Part shown: in pieces, positions 38,988 through 48,344 of the stretch
Layout: every line of letters begins with the position of its first letter
Position numbering within the stretch: the first letter of the stretch is position 1
NCBI GenBank assembly: GCA_036824855.1
Contig: DAISZK010000003.1
Coordinates: 5,933 to 69,932, forward strand
DNA: 64,000 bases
Direction of reading: 5' to 3'
Source: Chthoniobacterales bacterium
GTDB lineage: Bacteria > Verrucomicrobiota > Verrucomicrobiia > Chthoniobacterales > UBA6821
Translations under genes and position numbers: made by a program
Notes under the pieces: model-generated
The model's input: only the letters and a program-made list of their open reading frames with translations
What the model was told of the DNA's origin: nothing
The model's database searches: none

Positions 38988-39068
38988 GACGGCCTCACCT
39001 TTGCCCTGCCTGCTTCCCAGAATGAATTTAATCTTCAGACTTGAGCCTTCAACCTTTAGTGTCTCCTG

Positions 39069-39833
39069 ATGCTTGGTAAACGCATCATTCCCTGTCTCGA
39101 TGTCGATGGCGGCAGGGTCGTGAAAGGAACGAAGTTCGAGAATATTCGTGACGCCGGGGATCCGGTCGAGTGTGCCCGAGCCTACGATGCCCAGGGTGCC
39201 GACGAGCTAGTCTTCCTCGACATCACCGCCTCCCATGAGGGCCGCGCCACCATGCGCGAAGTGGTTGAGAAGACTGCCGATGCCTGCTTCATGCCGCTGA
39301 CCGTGGGTGGAGGTATTCGTAAGGTCGAGGATGTGCGGGCGATGCTGCTGGCAGGAGCCGACAAGGTCAGCATGAATACTGCGGCCCTCGATGATCCGAA
39401 TCTCGTGAACGCCTCCGCCGAGGGATTCGGCTCCCAGTGTGTTGTCGTTGCGATCGATGCACGTCGTGATGGAGAGGGTGGATGGATCGTTCACACCCAC
39501 GGAGGGCGTAGGCCCACGTCTTGGCAGGCCGTTGATTGGGCCAAGGAAGTTGCCAAGCGCGGAGCTGGGGAGATTCTTCTCACCAGTATGGATTCTGATG
39601 GTACCAAGAAGGGCTATGATCTTGAACTGACTGCCGCCGTTAGCGATGCCATCGGCATTCCCGTGATCGCCAGCGGTGGGGCGGGCGATATCGGTCACAT
39701 GGCTGAGGTTCTCACCATCGGCAAGGCCGACGCCGTGCTCGCCGCCAGCATCTTCCACTTTGGGCAGTATACGGTCGCTGATGTGAAGAGAGAACTAGCT
39801 ACGCACGGTATTCCTGTCAGGAAACCTGTTTAG
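39069..39833 (+). CDS. hisF: Imidazole glycerol phosphate synthase cyclase subunit
   Basis: 254-aa ORF with [49 protein letters not shown] and ASGGAG. Confidence 0.93.
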   Translation: MLGKRIIPCLDVDGGRVVKGTKFENIRDAGDPVECARAYDAQGADELVFLDITASHEGRATMREVVEKTADACFMPLTVGGGIRKVEDVRAMLLAGADKVSMNTAALDDPNLVNASAEGFGSQCVVVAIDARRDGEGGWIVHTHGGRRPTSWQAVDWAKEVAKRGAGEILLTSMDSDGTKKGYDLELTAAVSDAIGIPVIASGGAGDIGHMAEVLTIGKADAVLAASIFHFGQYTVADVKRELATHGIPVRKPV

Positions 39834-39837
39834 ATTT

Positions 39838-39870
39838 TTCGCACGGAGACGCGGAGACGCAGAGGAGGGA
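39838..39870 (+). repeat. Short GC-rich dispersed repeat, copy A (GGAGACGC-type)
   Basis: TTCGCACGGAGACGCGGAGACGCAGAGGAGGGA lies 5 nt after the hisF stop. It matches the reverse complement of copy B at about 23 of 26 core positions. Confidence 0.6.
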
Positions 39871-39925
39871 GAAAGGGCTTGAGTCGAGCGAGTAAAGGAA
39901 TAGCTATCAGACAAGTCTCCCCCTC

Positions 39926-41458
39926 ATGAAACGTTTTCTCAAATGGACGGCCATCGTTGTCGGCTCGCTCATCCTGTTCCTAATCCTCCTTGTCGGATCA
40001 TTCCTCGGATGGCTGAAGTGGTCGGGTGAGCGCGACTGGAAGAGGGCTGAGGCAGAACTCCGTGCCAAAGGTGAGAAGCTGACTTTTGCGGAACTTGTTC
40101 CGCCGATGCCGCCGGACAGCGAGAACTTCTTCGCTGATCCGCTCTGGGCTGGTTACTCCGATCTTGTTCGGACCAAGAGTCGCGGATGTGACGGTGCAGA
40201 GAGACAGACCATGGCGCTCAAGGTTCCTGCCGCTCAACTGCCGATCAGGCTTTGGCAGAAGGTTCCCTTAACCGCCCAGGAATCTAATCAACTGGCACAG
40301 CTCACGATCTCCAAAGCAAGTGACAGAAGCTCTGCATACAGTGCTCTTAGATCTACGATTCCTTACGAAAAGAACGCTGATCGGAAACGCGAGGAAGCGA
40401 CAGCGATGCTTCAGATTCTTACTCCGGCCAACGAGACCCTTTCCCGGATTGCGGGGTTAGCACGCCGTCCTCAGGCCCAGTTTCCTCTCCACTACAACCT
40501 CATTGCGACAGAAGGATCGATCCCCGAACTGCTTGCAGAAACGGCCGAAAATTTGGTGCTCTCACAACTCTTCCTGAATAGGGCGAGCAGTGAGTTGCTC
40601 CTCGGCAACAACACTGCGGCAGCAACTGACGCCGAGACCCTGCTCCGACTCTCGTTCACCCAGCAGAACGAGCCCCTGCTGATCTCGCTGCTGGTTCGGG
40701 TTTCAACAACGGGCCTGGCTCTCAGAGTCTTGGATCAGGGACTGGCCGACCATGTCTGGACGGCGGATCAGATCGCGCTCTATCAGGGGTTGCTGGAAAA
40801 TATCGATCTCCCCAAAGGTCTGCTCTTTGTTCTGCGAGGAGAGCGGATCTATGGGCGGGAATCGTGGAAAGCACTTCAGCAACGCCAACAAGGGTTTTTC
40901 GCCGCACTAGAAATCCAAGGTACACGCATGCTGCTCGAAAAGAATGCTGCATACCATGCCCTCCTGATGCAGAGGGCTCTTGAGTCCATGGAACACTCGC
41001 TCCATGAGTCCGGTTGGAATCGGTCCAACGCCCAAGTCTTCAAAGAGGAACAAGCCGCGTTGGCACAAAGTCCCCTCCATCGCATCATGTACATCATGAT
41101 GTCGCTGGCCGTTCCCGCTCTGGACGGTGCGATTGAAAAAACCGTCGAGTGCCAGACTCAAGTCGATCAGAGCTTGATCGCCTGCGCTTTGGAGCGCTAT
41201 CGCCTCGCCCACGGTTCCTATCCTGCTTCGCTTGATGCTCTGACGCCAGAGTATCTGGTACAGCTCCCAAACTCGCCAATCAACGGAAAGCAGATGAACT
41301 ATTCCCTCCAACCGGGCGGCGCCTTCCTACTCTGGACCCCGGGTTGGAACCTCAATTCACTCGACGGAAAACCAGGTGAGTTTCAGGGAGATGGAGACAT
41401 CGTCTGGGCGCAACCTCTTCCGAAAAGACCCACGGAAAGTTCTCAAATCTTAAAATAA
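39926..41458 (+). CDS. Hypothetical membrane-anchored protein with GspG/pseudopilin-like C-terminal motif
   Basis: 510-aa ORF with an N-terminal TM (WTAIVVGSLILFLILLVGSFLGWL) and a helical middle. The C-terminus ALERYRLAHGSYPASLDALTPEYLVQLPNSPINGKQMNYSL…GDGDIVW resembles the globular-domain pattern of type II secretion major pseudopilins. Confidence 0.45.
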   Translation: MKRFLKWTAIVVGSLILFLILLVGSFLGWLKWSGERDWKRAEAELRAKGEKLTFAELVPPMPPDSENFFADPLWAGYSDLVRTKSRGCDGAERQTMALKVPAAQLPIRLWQKVPLTAQESNQLAQLTISKASDRSSAYSALRSTIPYEKNADRKREEATAMLQILTPANETLSRIAGLARRPQAQFPLHYNLIATEGSIPELLAETAENLVLSQLFLNRASSELLLGNNTAAATDAETLLRLSFTQQNEPLLISLLVRVSTTGLALRVLDQGLADHVWTADQIALYQGLLENIDLPKGLLFVLRGERIYGRESWKALQQRQQGFFAALEIQGTRMLLEKNAAYHALLMQRALESMEHSLHESGWNRSNAQVFKEEQAALAQSPLHRIMYIMMSLAVPALDGAIEKTVECQTQVDQSLIACALERYRLAHGSYPASLDALTPEYLVQLPNSPINGKQMNYSLQPGGAFLLWTPGWNLNSLDGKPGEFQGDGDIVWAQPLPKRPTESSQILK

Positions 41459-41573
41459 GAGCCCTCTTCACAAAGGCTTGGAAGTTGGGATGCAGCGCTA
41501 GGCTGCCAAGCGAAGCTGTATATTTTATACTGCGAGCGAAGGAGAACAAAGCGATGCGCTCAAATCCCAAGCC

Positions 41574-42389
41574 CTACTCCTTAAAGCAATAGGGGCAACT
41601 GACTTCATAGACATAGCGGGGGTCCTTGACCTCTTCCTCAGTCAAGGGCTCGGTGCAGGCGAAGCAGAGTTGGCTGCCTGTTTCCTGCAACGCCGGATTG
41701 ACGCCGACGCGTTTGTCGAAGACGAAGCACTCCCCATCCCAGTGCGCTCCACCGCATTCTTCAAAATATTTCAGGATGCCTCCCTCGAGTTGGTATACTT
41801 CGCGGAAGCCTGCCATCTCGAGGAATGGGGCGGCTTTCTCGCAGCGGATGCCTCCCGTGCAGAAGCTGACCACGGGAGCCTCTTTCATTGAATCGGGGAG
41901 TTGCTTGATAGCTTCGGGAAATTTGCGGAAGTGGCGGATTGGAAGCGTGACAGCACCGGTAAAGGTGCCGAGCTTCACTTCATAGGTATTTCGAGTATCG
42001 AGAAGGGTGACGGGACGCCCCTCATCCAACCAGCGCTTGAGTTCTTTGGCGGGAAGCCGTGGAGAGGTGTGACGAGCCGGATTGATCTCCTCGACGCCGA
42101 AGGCGATGATCTCCTGCTTAATCTTCACGAGCATCCGGTTAAAGGGTTGCTCCTCACTCTCGCTACGCTTTTCCTGAAGAGTCTCAAGGCCGGAAATCGA
42201 GCGTAAGGTCACGAGTAGTTTCTCCACCGAGGATCTCTCTCCGGCGATGAAGAGGTTAATCCCTTCGGGACTCAGTAGGATGCTCCCCTTGAGTTCCAAG
42301 GAACGGCACTCAGTCTTAAGCTGCTCTCTCAGTTCGGTAAGCTCGCTTAGCTCTGCGAACTTGTAGGCAGCAATGTTGATGACTGACAT
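41574..42389 (-). CDS. trhO: Rhodanese-domain tRNA uridine(34) hydroxylase (UPF0176/YceA/TrhO)
   Basis: 271-aa ORF with the N-terminal IAAYKFAEL pattern, a rhodanese active-site loop [10 protein letters not shown] and a C-terminal Cys cluster. Confidence 0.82.
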   Translation of the reverse strand: MSVINIAAYKFAELSELTELREQLKTECRSLELKGSILLSPEGINLFIAGERSSVEKLLVTLRSISGLETLQEKRSESEEQPFNRMLVKIKQEIIAFGVEEINPARHTSPRLPAKELKRWLDEGRPVTLLDTRNTYEVKLGTFTGAVTLPIRHFRKFPEAIKQLPDSMKEAPVVSFCTGGIRCEKAAPFLEMAGFREVYQLEGGILKYFEECGGAHWDGECFVFDKRVGVNPALQETGSQLCFACTEPLTEEEVKDPRYVYEVSCPYCFKE

Positions 42390-42456
42390 AGGTAAAGTCT
42401 GTTAGCGGACTAGACTATAGGCCGTTAGGTCAAAAAAATCCCTTTTTTAGTTCCCC

Positions 42457-42488
42457 ATCTCTGCGCCCCCGCGTCTCCGCGCGAGATC
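42457..42488 (-). repeat. Short GC-rich dispersed repeat, copy B
   Basis: The minus strand reads GATCTCGCGCGGAGACGCGGGGGCGCAGAGATGG. It starts 18 nt after the stop of the 78-aa ORF on that strand. Confidence 0.6.
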
Positions 42489-42505
42489 TTTTAGTCCTAA
42501 TTCGC

Positions 42506-42742
42506 TTAATAGTTAAACAAATCTCCCAGAGCAAAAGTCTTTCCGGTAGCAGTATTAAGCGCGCGAAGGAGTTTGCCCTGGACGTTTTTCGTCAGGCGTC
42601 TGCCCTTGCAACCGCGCTGGACCATCTTGTGAGTGATCTGCTCGGCGGAGGCCGCCACGAGATCATGCGATTTCAGTCCTAGTTCCGTGAGAAGACGGGC
42701 CAGGGGCTGTTCGCCGAGATCGCGTTCGAAGTCCTGCTCCAA
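42506..42742 (-). CDS. Hypothetical small protein
   Basis: 78-aa ORF starting 3 nt after the nitroreductase stop on the same strand. It has a basic helix-rich segment (ITHKMVQRGCKGRRLTKNVQGKLLRALN). No family is recognised. Confidence 0.4.
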   Translation of the reverse strand: MEQDFERDLGEQPLARLLTELGLKSHDLVAASAEQITHKMVQRGCKGRRLTKNVQGKLLRALNTATGKTFALGDLFNY

Positions 42743-42745
42743 GGA

Positions 42746-43399
42746 TTAGACTGTCTTGATGAGATCTGTTGCGGGGAAGCGTACTTTGGCGGCCGATGCA
42801 TACTTGTCATCTGCACTGCGATAACCGAGAGCGCAGCAGACGACAGAAGCATAACCCTGCTCCTTGAGTCCAAGGATGGCATCATATTCCGCCGGTGCGA
42901 AGCCTTCGATCGCGCAGGTGTCGACGCCAAGCAGAGCGGCCGTCGTCATGAGGTTACCCAGAGCGATGTAGGCTTGAAGAGCTGCCCAATGAGGGATGCG
43001 AGTCTCGGCACCGGGAGAGAGCAGGCTTCCGTACATCATGCCTCGGTATCCCTCAAGGGATTCACGGGGTATGCCGCGCACCTCAACGACACGGTCAAGG
43101 AAACGATCAACCTCGGCTTCCGTCATAGCTGTGCGGCCCGCCATCACAACGTAGTGAGAGGCATCAACCACCTGAGTCTGATTCCATGAATGAGGCTGAA
43201 GCTGTGCGCGTACGGCCGGATCCTTCACAATCAGGAAGCGATAAGGCTGAAGTCCGAAGGAAGAAGGGGAGAGGACAAGACTCTCTTCAAGGGTTTTCCA
43301 CGTGGCGTCGGAGATCTTCTTTGAGGCATCGAAGGTCTTGGTGGCATAGCGCCAGTTCAGAGCGTCAAGAAGCTGGGATTCAGGAATGGTATGACTCAT
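42746..43399 (-). CDS. Nitroreductase-family NAD(P)H oxidoreductase
   Basis: The start is trimmed to MSHTIPESQLLDALNWRYATKTFD. Blocks typical of the nitroreductase fold are present (SPSSFGLQPYRFLIV, …DTCAIEGF). Confidence 0.72.
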   Translation of the reverse strand: MSHTIPESQLLDALNWRYATKTFDASKKISDATWKTLEESLVLSPSSFGLQPYRFLIVKDPAVRAQLQPHSWNQTQVVDASHYVVMAGRTAMTEAEVDRFLDRVVEVRGIPRESLEGYRGMMYGSLLSPGAETRIPHWAALQAYIALGNLMTTAALLGVDTCAIEGFAPAEYDAILGLKEQGYASVVCCALGYRSADDKYASAAKVRFPATDLIKTV

Positions 43400-43519
43400 G
43401 GTGTGTTTGCCGGGTTGGTTTGATGGGAAAATATCGTATTGCCTTTTGAAGAGTTGCAGGCAAATCATTAACGGCGTTAAGTAAAAACTCAATCACCAAA
43501 ATCCCTAACTTTTACTCTT

Positions 43520-43759
43520 ATGTCCGAACCTGTCATTGCTCAAAAGTCTCCCATCCCCGTCGAGGTCAAAGCTGGCCAGACCTATTACTGGTGCTCCTGC
43601 GGCAAAAGCGCCACGCAGCCTTTCTGCGATGGTTCACACAAGGGAACCGACTTCGCGCCGACACCCTACACCGCCGAGAAGGATGGTCCCGTTTACTTCT
43701 GCGGCTGCAAGCACAGCGGTAATGGTCCCCTCTGCGACGGAGCCCACAAAGGACTCTGA
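43520..43759 (+). CDS. CDGSH iron-sulfur domain protein (two CDGSH motifs)
   Basis: 79-aa ORF with two CDGSH-type motifs, CSCGKSATQPFCDGSH and CGCKHSGNGPLCDGAH. Confidence 0.85.
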   Translation: MSEPVIAQKSPIPVEVKAGQTYYWCSCGKSATQPFCDGSHKGTDFAPTPYTAEKDGPVYFCGCKHSGNGPLCDGAHKGL

Positions 43760-43831
43760 GAGACTCTGAGCAGCAAAGTCACTTAGACTGAAGTCCGAAG
43801 GCTGTTAGGTCACAACCAATCCGATTCAGAC

Positions 43832-43862
43832 CCCGCCTCTCGTAAGGGAGGCGGGTTTTTTT
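43832..43862 (+). terminator. Rho-independent terminator after the CDGSH gene
   Basis: CCCGCCTC (43832-43839) pairs with GAGGCGGG (43848-43855), followed by TTTTTTT (43856-43862). Confidence 0.85.
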
Positions 43863-43869
43863 GTAACAA

Positions 43870-45786
43870 TCAGCTGCTTAAGTGGGCTGCTGAAGCTTTG
43901 ATACCTTTCATTTGAAGCGCCTGAAAGATCCGTTCAGCGGCCGCCTGCGCCGTCATGCCGTATTTTTCACGGAGGATGGATACAGAGCCATGCTCGATGA
44001 ACTGATCGGGCCAACCCACGCGCACGAGCGGTGTGGTGATCCCGGCATCGGAGAGATGCTCTGCCACAGCGGCACCGAAGCCTCCACTGACAGTGTGGTC
44101 CTCCAGAGTGCAAAGAACCCTCGAGCCGCGTGCGAAGAACTCAAGCGTCCCCGCATCCAATGGCTTGATCCAACGCGGGTTGATGACGGCTGCCTTGATT
44201 CCTCGCTTCTCGAGCAGGTCGGCTGTCTCCATGGCCACCTCACAGAAGTTTCCGAGACCGAAGAGAGCCACATCCGTTCCATGGCGTAGCACCTCGGCTT
44301 TGCCTATCTCGAGGAGCTTCGGAGTCGGTCTGGGGGCGGCCCCTGTACCCGCACCACGCGGATAACGGATCGCGATCGGCCCCTCATGGTGATTGGCCAT
44401 CGTCCAGAGCATGTCGGCAAATTCTTCCTCATCCTTCGGTTGCATGGCGATGACGCCGGGTATGCTCCTTAGGTAGGCAATATCGAAGAGCCCGTGGTGT
44501 GTTGGTCCGTCGTCACCGGAAAGCCCCGCTCGATCCATGCAGAGTGCGACATTGAGATTCTGCAGGGCGATATCGTGAACGATCATGTCGAAGGCCCTCT
44601 GCATGAAGGTCGAGTAGATCGCAAGGAAGGGTTTCATTCCCTTGGTTGCCATGCCTGCGGCAAAGAGTGCTGCATGCTCCTCCGCGATCCCGACATCATA
44701 AAATCGGTCGGGATGTCGTGCGGCGAACTGAACGAGGCCCGTGCCGTTGGGCATCGCCGCTGTAATGGCAACGATCTTGCGGTTATGATCCGCAAATCCT
44801 GAAAGCGTCTTGCCGAAAATCTCCGAGTAGGTCGGAGTGGGAGCGGTTTGGGTTTCGCCGGTATCAGGTTGGTACTTTCCGAGTCCGTGGAACTTGTCCG
44901 GTTTTTCGATCGCGGGGCCGAATCCCTTCCCCTTCTTCGTCATGATGTGAAGGAGCACCGGCTCGTTCAGTGTCTTGAGGAACTCGAAGGTACGTATTAA
45001 CAGGGGGATGTCATGACCGTCGATCGGGCCGAAATAACGCAGGCCGAGATTCTCGAAGATCACGCTTGGTCCGATGATCTGCTTCACTCCCGACTTGATC
45101 TTGTGGGCAAGTTGACGCGCGCTCTTGCCGCCGATCCATTCGACAAACTTTGCAGCCTGATCGTGGAGATGAGCATAGGCCGGGCTGGTGGCGATCCTGT
45201 TGAGATGCTCCGCAATGGCACCCGTATTTCTGGCGATCGACCACTGGTTGTCATTGAGCACCACGATAAAGCGTTTTGTGGTCTCCGAGACATTGTTGAG
45301 GGCCTCGTAACTGACTCCGCAGGTGAAGGCAGCGTCGCCTGCGACGGCCACAACATGCTCGGCACCACCATTCATGTCCCGCGCCGCCGCCATGCCAAGG
45401 GCTGCGGAGAGAGCTGTCCCTGCATGTCCCGCTCCATAGCAGTCGTGCTCGCTCTCAGTGCGGAGAAGGAATCCGTTGAGGCCTCCGTGCTGGCGCATCG
45501 ATCCGAGCTGCTTCCGGCGTCCGGTGAGGATTTTATGAATGTATCCCTGATGGCTGACGTCGAAGAGGATCTTGTCGTCAGGCGTCTCAAAGACGCGGTG
45601 TAGGGCGATCGAGAGTTCAACGACGCCGAGATTCGGGCCGAGGTGACCTCCTGTTTCGGCGAGCGTGCCGATCAATTCCTCTCGGATTTCCTGGGCGAGT
45701 GCAGGTAGGTCACTCTCCGGAAGTTTTTTCAAATCAGCCGGGGAGTCGATGGCATCCAACAGGTACCGTGGATGATCCGAACTCAC
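43870..45786 (-). CDS. dxs: 1-deoxy-D-xylulose-5-phosphate synthase
   Basis: 638-aa ORF with GGHLGPNLGVVEL, the ThDP motif GDAAFTCGVSYEALNN and DRAGLSGDDGPTHHG. Confidence 0.95.
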   Translation of the reverse strand: MSSDHPRYLLDAIDSPADLKKLPESDLPALAQEIREELIGTLAETGGHLGPNLGVVELSIALHRVFETPDDKILFDVSHQGYIHKILTGRRKQLGSMRQHGGLNGFLLRTESEHDCYGAGHAGTALSAALGMAAARDMNGGAEHVVAVAGDAAFTCGVSYEALNNVSETTKRFIVVLNDNQWSIARNTGAIAEHLNRIATSPAYAHLHDQAAKFVEWIGGKSARQLAHKIKSGVKQIIGPSVIFENLGLRYFGPIDGHDIPLLIRTFEFLKTLNEPVLLHIMTKKGKGFGPAIEKPDKFHGLGKYQPDTGETQTAPTPTYSEIFGKTLSGFADHNRKIVAITAAMPNGTGLVQFAARHPDRFYDVGIAEEHAALFAAGMATKGMKPFLAIYSTFMQRAFDMIVHDIALQNLNVALCMDRAGLSGDDGPTHHGLFDIAYLRSIPGVIAMQPKDEEEFADMLWTMANHHEGPIAIRYPRGAGTGAAPRPTPKLLEIGKAEVLRHGTDVALFGLGNFCEVAMETADLLEKRGIKAAVINPRWIKPLDAGTLEFFARGSRVLCTLEDHTVSGGFGAAVAEHLSDAGITTPLVRVGWPDQFIEHGSVSILREKYGMTAQAAAERIFQALQMKGIKASAAHLSS

Positions 45787-46037
45787 GACTCCTCGAACGG
45801 CTTGAGCGCTGTTTCACCGCGGCTATTTCGCGTGATGATCTCGATTCGTTTCTCGGCCGCATCGAGCTTCTCGCGGCAGATCTGAAGCAGCTTCATTCCC
45901 TCCTCATAGCGCTCGATGAGAGTCTCCAGAGGTGGAGGGGTCTGTTCGATCTCCTCAACGATGTTTTCCAAGCGACCGAGCGATTTCTCGATGGAAGTCT
46001 CGGTATCAGAATCGGTTTTTGTTGTCTTGGAAACCAT
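45783..46037 (-). CDS. xseB: Exodeoxyribonuclease VII small subunit
   Basis: The start is trimmed to ATG 46037 (84 aa). SIEKSLGRLENIVEEIEQ…LETLIERYEEGMKLLQICREKLDAAEKRIE is the XseB pattern. A 4-nt overlap links it to the dxs start. Confidence 0.8.
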   Translation of the reverse strand: MVSKTTKTDSDTETSIEKSLGRLENIVEEIEQTPPPLETLIERYEEGMKLLQICREKLDAAEKRIEIITRNSRGETALKPFEES

Positions 46038-46051
46038 GGCTTGAGCGAATG

Positions 46052-47449
46052 TCAGATGCTCGGCGGTTTGGATTTCCTCATGCCAATCTGAGCAAGATGA
46101 CGATGCAGGGTGCGGCGGCTGATGCCGAGCTTTTTTGCCGCCATCGTGCGATTGCCTGCGCAATCCTCCAGGGCCTTGTGGATCACGGTGGCCTCGATTC
46201 GGGCTAGATTCATCTCACCCTCTCCAAGCGGTGTGGAAGAGGCTCGCAGGGAAGCAGGAAGATCACCCGGCGCGAGTTCCTTTCCGTTTCCCAGCACGAC
46301 GGCATGCTCCACGGCGGCTCGGAGCTCACGGATGTTGCCGGGCCATGCATGGGTCTCGAGGGCTTCCATGGCTTCCGGGGTGAAGTGGCGCTCGGGTTTG
46401 TCATGCTCCTTGGCCATTTCCTTGAGGAAGGCACCGACTAACAGTGGGATATCCTCGGGGTGAGTGCGAAGAGGCGGCATGGTGAGGGGAACCACGTTAA
46501 GGCGGAAGAACAGATCCTCGCGGAATGTCCCCGCGCGTACCATGGCGGCCAGATCCTTATTGGTGGCTGCGATCAGTCGGACATCTGAGTTGAGGGTCTG
46601 GTTGCCACCGACACGTTCAAAGCTCTTTTCGCCCAGTACGCGCAGGATTTTGACCTGGACTGTTGGGTCGATCTCGCCGATTTCGTCGAGGAACAGCGTG
46701 CCGCCGGAGGCCTGTTCGAAGCGCCCGATTCTCCGCTCGCCTGCCCCGGTGAAGGCTCCCTTTTCATGGCCGAAGAGTTCACTCTCCAGCAACTGGGGGG
46801 AGAGGGAAGCGCAATGAACCGCGACAAACGGCTTCTCCGCGCGGGTGCTCAGATCATGGATTGCCTTGGCAGCGACTTCCTTTCCCGATCCGCTCTCTCC
46901 TTGGATGAGAACCGTTGCTTTGCTGGGAGCCACCTGTCGGATGGTCTCGAAGACCCGCTCCATCACCGGAGATCGGCCGATCATTCTGTCGGGAGTTCGC
47001 GTTTTTCGTACTTCCTGGCGGAGTTCGAGATTTTCTGCCTGCACCGTTCTTTCTCGGAGGGCGCGCCGGATGAGCATCTCCAGGCGATCGATATTCACCG
47101 GCTTGGTCACGAAATCATAAGCTCCCTGACGCATCGCCTCGACCGCTGTATCCACAGATCCGTAAGCCGTCATCATGATACAGATCGGCGGATCGGAACG
47201 CTTTAGGATCTTCCTCATCAAATCCATGCCATCGTCGGCGCCGAGTTTCAGGTCGGTGAGGACGAGGTCAGGAGGATCTGCATCGATCAAGGCAAGAGCT
47301 CCCGCCTCATCCGATGCCAGCGATACGTCGAAATATTCTTCCAGAACAGCCCTCAATCCATCACGAGTATTCTTTTCGTCATCAACGATTAAGATGGTCT
47401 GTTTCACGGGAATTGAGACATCTTGGCACAACAACCCTTGAATCCGCAA
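46052..47449 (-). CDS. Sigma-54-dependent response regulator (NtrC family enhancer-binding protein)
   Basis: 465-aa ORF. The REC domain shows ILIVDDEKNTRDGL and LVLTDLKL. The AAA+ domain carries Walker A GESGSGKE and the sigma-54 contact loop GAFTGA. A C-terminal Fis-type HTH reads AGNRTMAAKKLGISRRTLHRHL. Confidence 0.9.
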   Translation of the reverse strand: MRIQGLLCQDVSIPVKQTILIVDDEKNTRDGLRAVLEEYFDVSLASDEAGALALIDADPPDLVLTDLKLGADDGMDLMRKILKRSDPPICIMMTAYGSVDTAVEAMRQGAYDFVTKPVNIDRLEMLIRRALRERTVQAENLELRQEVRKTRTPDRMIGRSPVMERVFETIRQVAPSKATVLIQGESGSGKEVAAKAIHDLSTRAEKPFVAVHCASLSPQLLESELFGHEKGAFTGAGERRIGRFEQASGGTLFLDEIGEIDPTVQVKILRVLGEKSFERVGGNQTLNSDVRLIAATNKDLAAMVRAGTFREDLFFRLNVVPLTMPPLRTHPEDIPLLVGAFLKEMAKEHDKPERHFTPEAMEALETHAWPGNIRELRAAVEHAVVLGNGKELAPGDLPASLRASSTPLGEGEMNLARIEATVIHKALEDCAGNRTMAAKKLGISRRTLHRHLAQIGMRKSKPPSI

Positions 47450-47452
47450 TCC

Positions 47453-48322
47453 TTACTCTAGAGACGACATGGTCGAATTATCCAGCAATTGGGGCAAAGC
47501 GTCTCGATAGCTGGGAAATTGCGGAACCCAACCTGCACATCGCAGCTTGGCATTGCTAATCCGCTTGGAGGTCCAGCCGCGCTTTCGATTCATGTCGGCA
47601 GGTCCTTCCGCAGGAAGCGGGCGATTGAGGAAGTCAGCCACCCAGCTGTACACCTCGCGTTGGGTAGCTGGGGCATTATCGGTCACATTGTAGAGACCAA
47701 TAGGAACGACAGGGTCGCCTAGGCGCGCCAGGGCGGCGGCAGCGTCATCACGATGAATCTGGTTAATCCAGCGATGGCCTCCATCTTCAAGTGTCGCCTC
47801 GTGGGCCAAGAATTTTTTCAAAAGTACGGAGCGTCCAGGTCCATAGATTCCGGAAAGGCGAGCAACACTCCCTCCAGCGGCAAGGGCGAGCTGTTCGGCC
47901 TCCAAGAGGATGCGGCCTGTCTCGCGATCTGGAATGGCTGGAGATTCCTCGGTGACCCAGGATCCATCGGTCTGACCGTAGACGGAGGTGCTGCTGACAA
48001 AAATGATTCTACCCGGATTCCAGAGCTCAAGAATCCTGCGGAGTCCGTCGCGGTAGACGGCTGCGTAGGTATCGGCCCCTCCGCGGCCCGAGCTGACGCA
48101 GTAGATGGCTAGCGGAACATTGCGAACCACGGGAGTCAGGGCTTCAACCGAGGCATCATCGGTGACATCACAGGCGGCGGAGGCGAAAGACCTTCCGGCT
48201 AGGGAGGCCAGGGATTCGGCACCCCGAACAAGGCCCAAGACAGTGTTGCCTCGGGCCGAAAAAAGTTCGGCTGCAGCCTCCCCTAGGAAGCCGCAGCCGA
48301 TGATAAGTACTTCAGGATTCAC
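47453..48322 (-). CDS. NAD(P)-binding Rossmann-fold protein (SDR/epimerase-dehydratase family)
   Basis: 289-aa ORF with VLIIGCGFLGEAAAELF (GxGxxG) and a YGxxR-like segment. The substrate is unknown. Confidence 0.6.
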   Translation of the reverse strand: MNPEVLIIGCGFLGEAAAELFSARGNTVLGLVRGAESLASLAGRSFASAACDVTDDASVEALTPVVRNVPLAIYCVSSGRGGADTYAAVYRDGLRRILELWNPGRIIFVSSTSVYGQTDGSWVTEESPAIPDRETGRILLEAEQLALAAGGSVARLSGIYGPGRSVLLKKFLAHEATLEDGGHRWINQIHRDDAAAALARLGDPVVPIGLYNVTDNAPATQREVYSWVADFLNRPLPAEGPADMNRKRGWTSKRISNAKLRCAGWVPQFPSYRDALPQLLDNSTMSSLE

Positions 48323-48344
48323 TCCAATGAGTGAAGCAGGAGGA

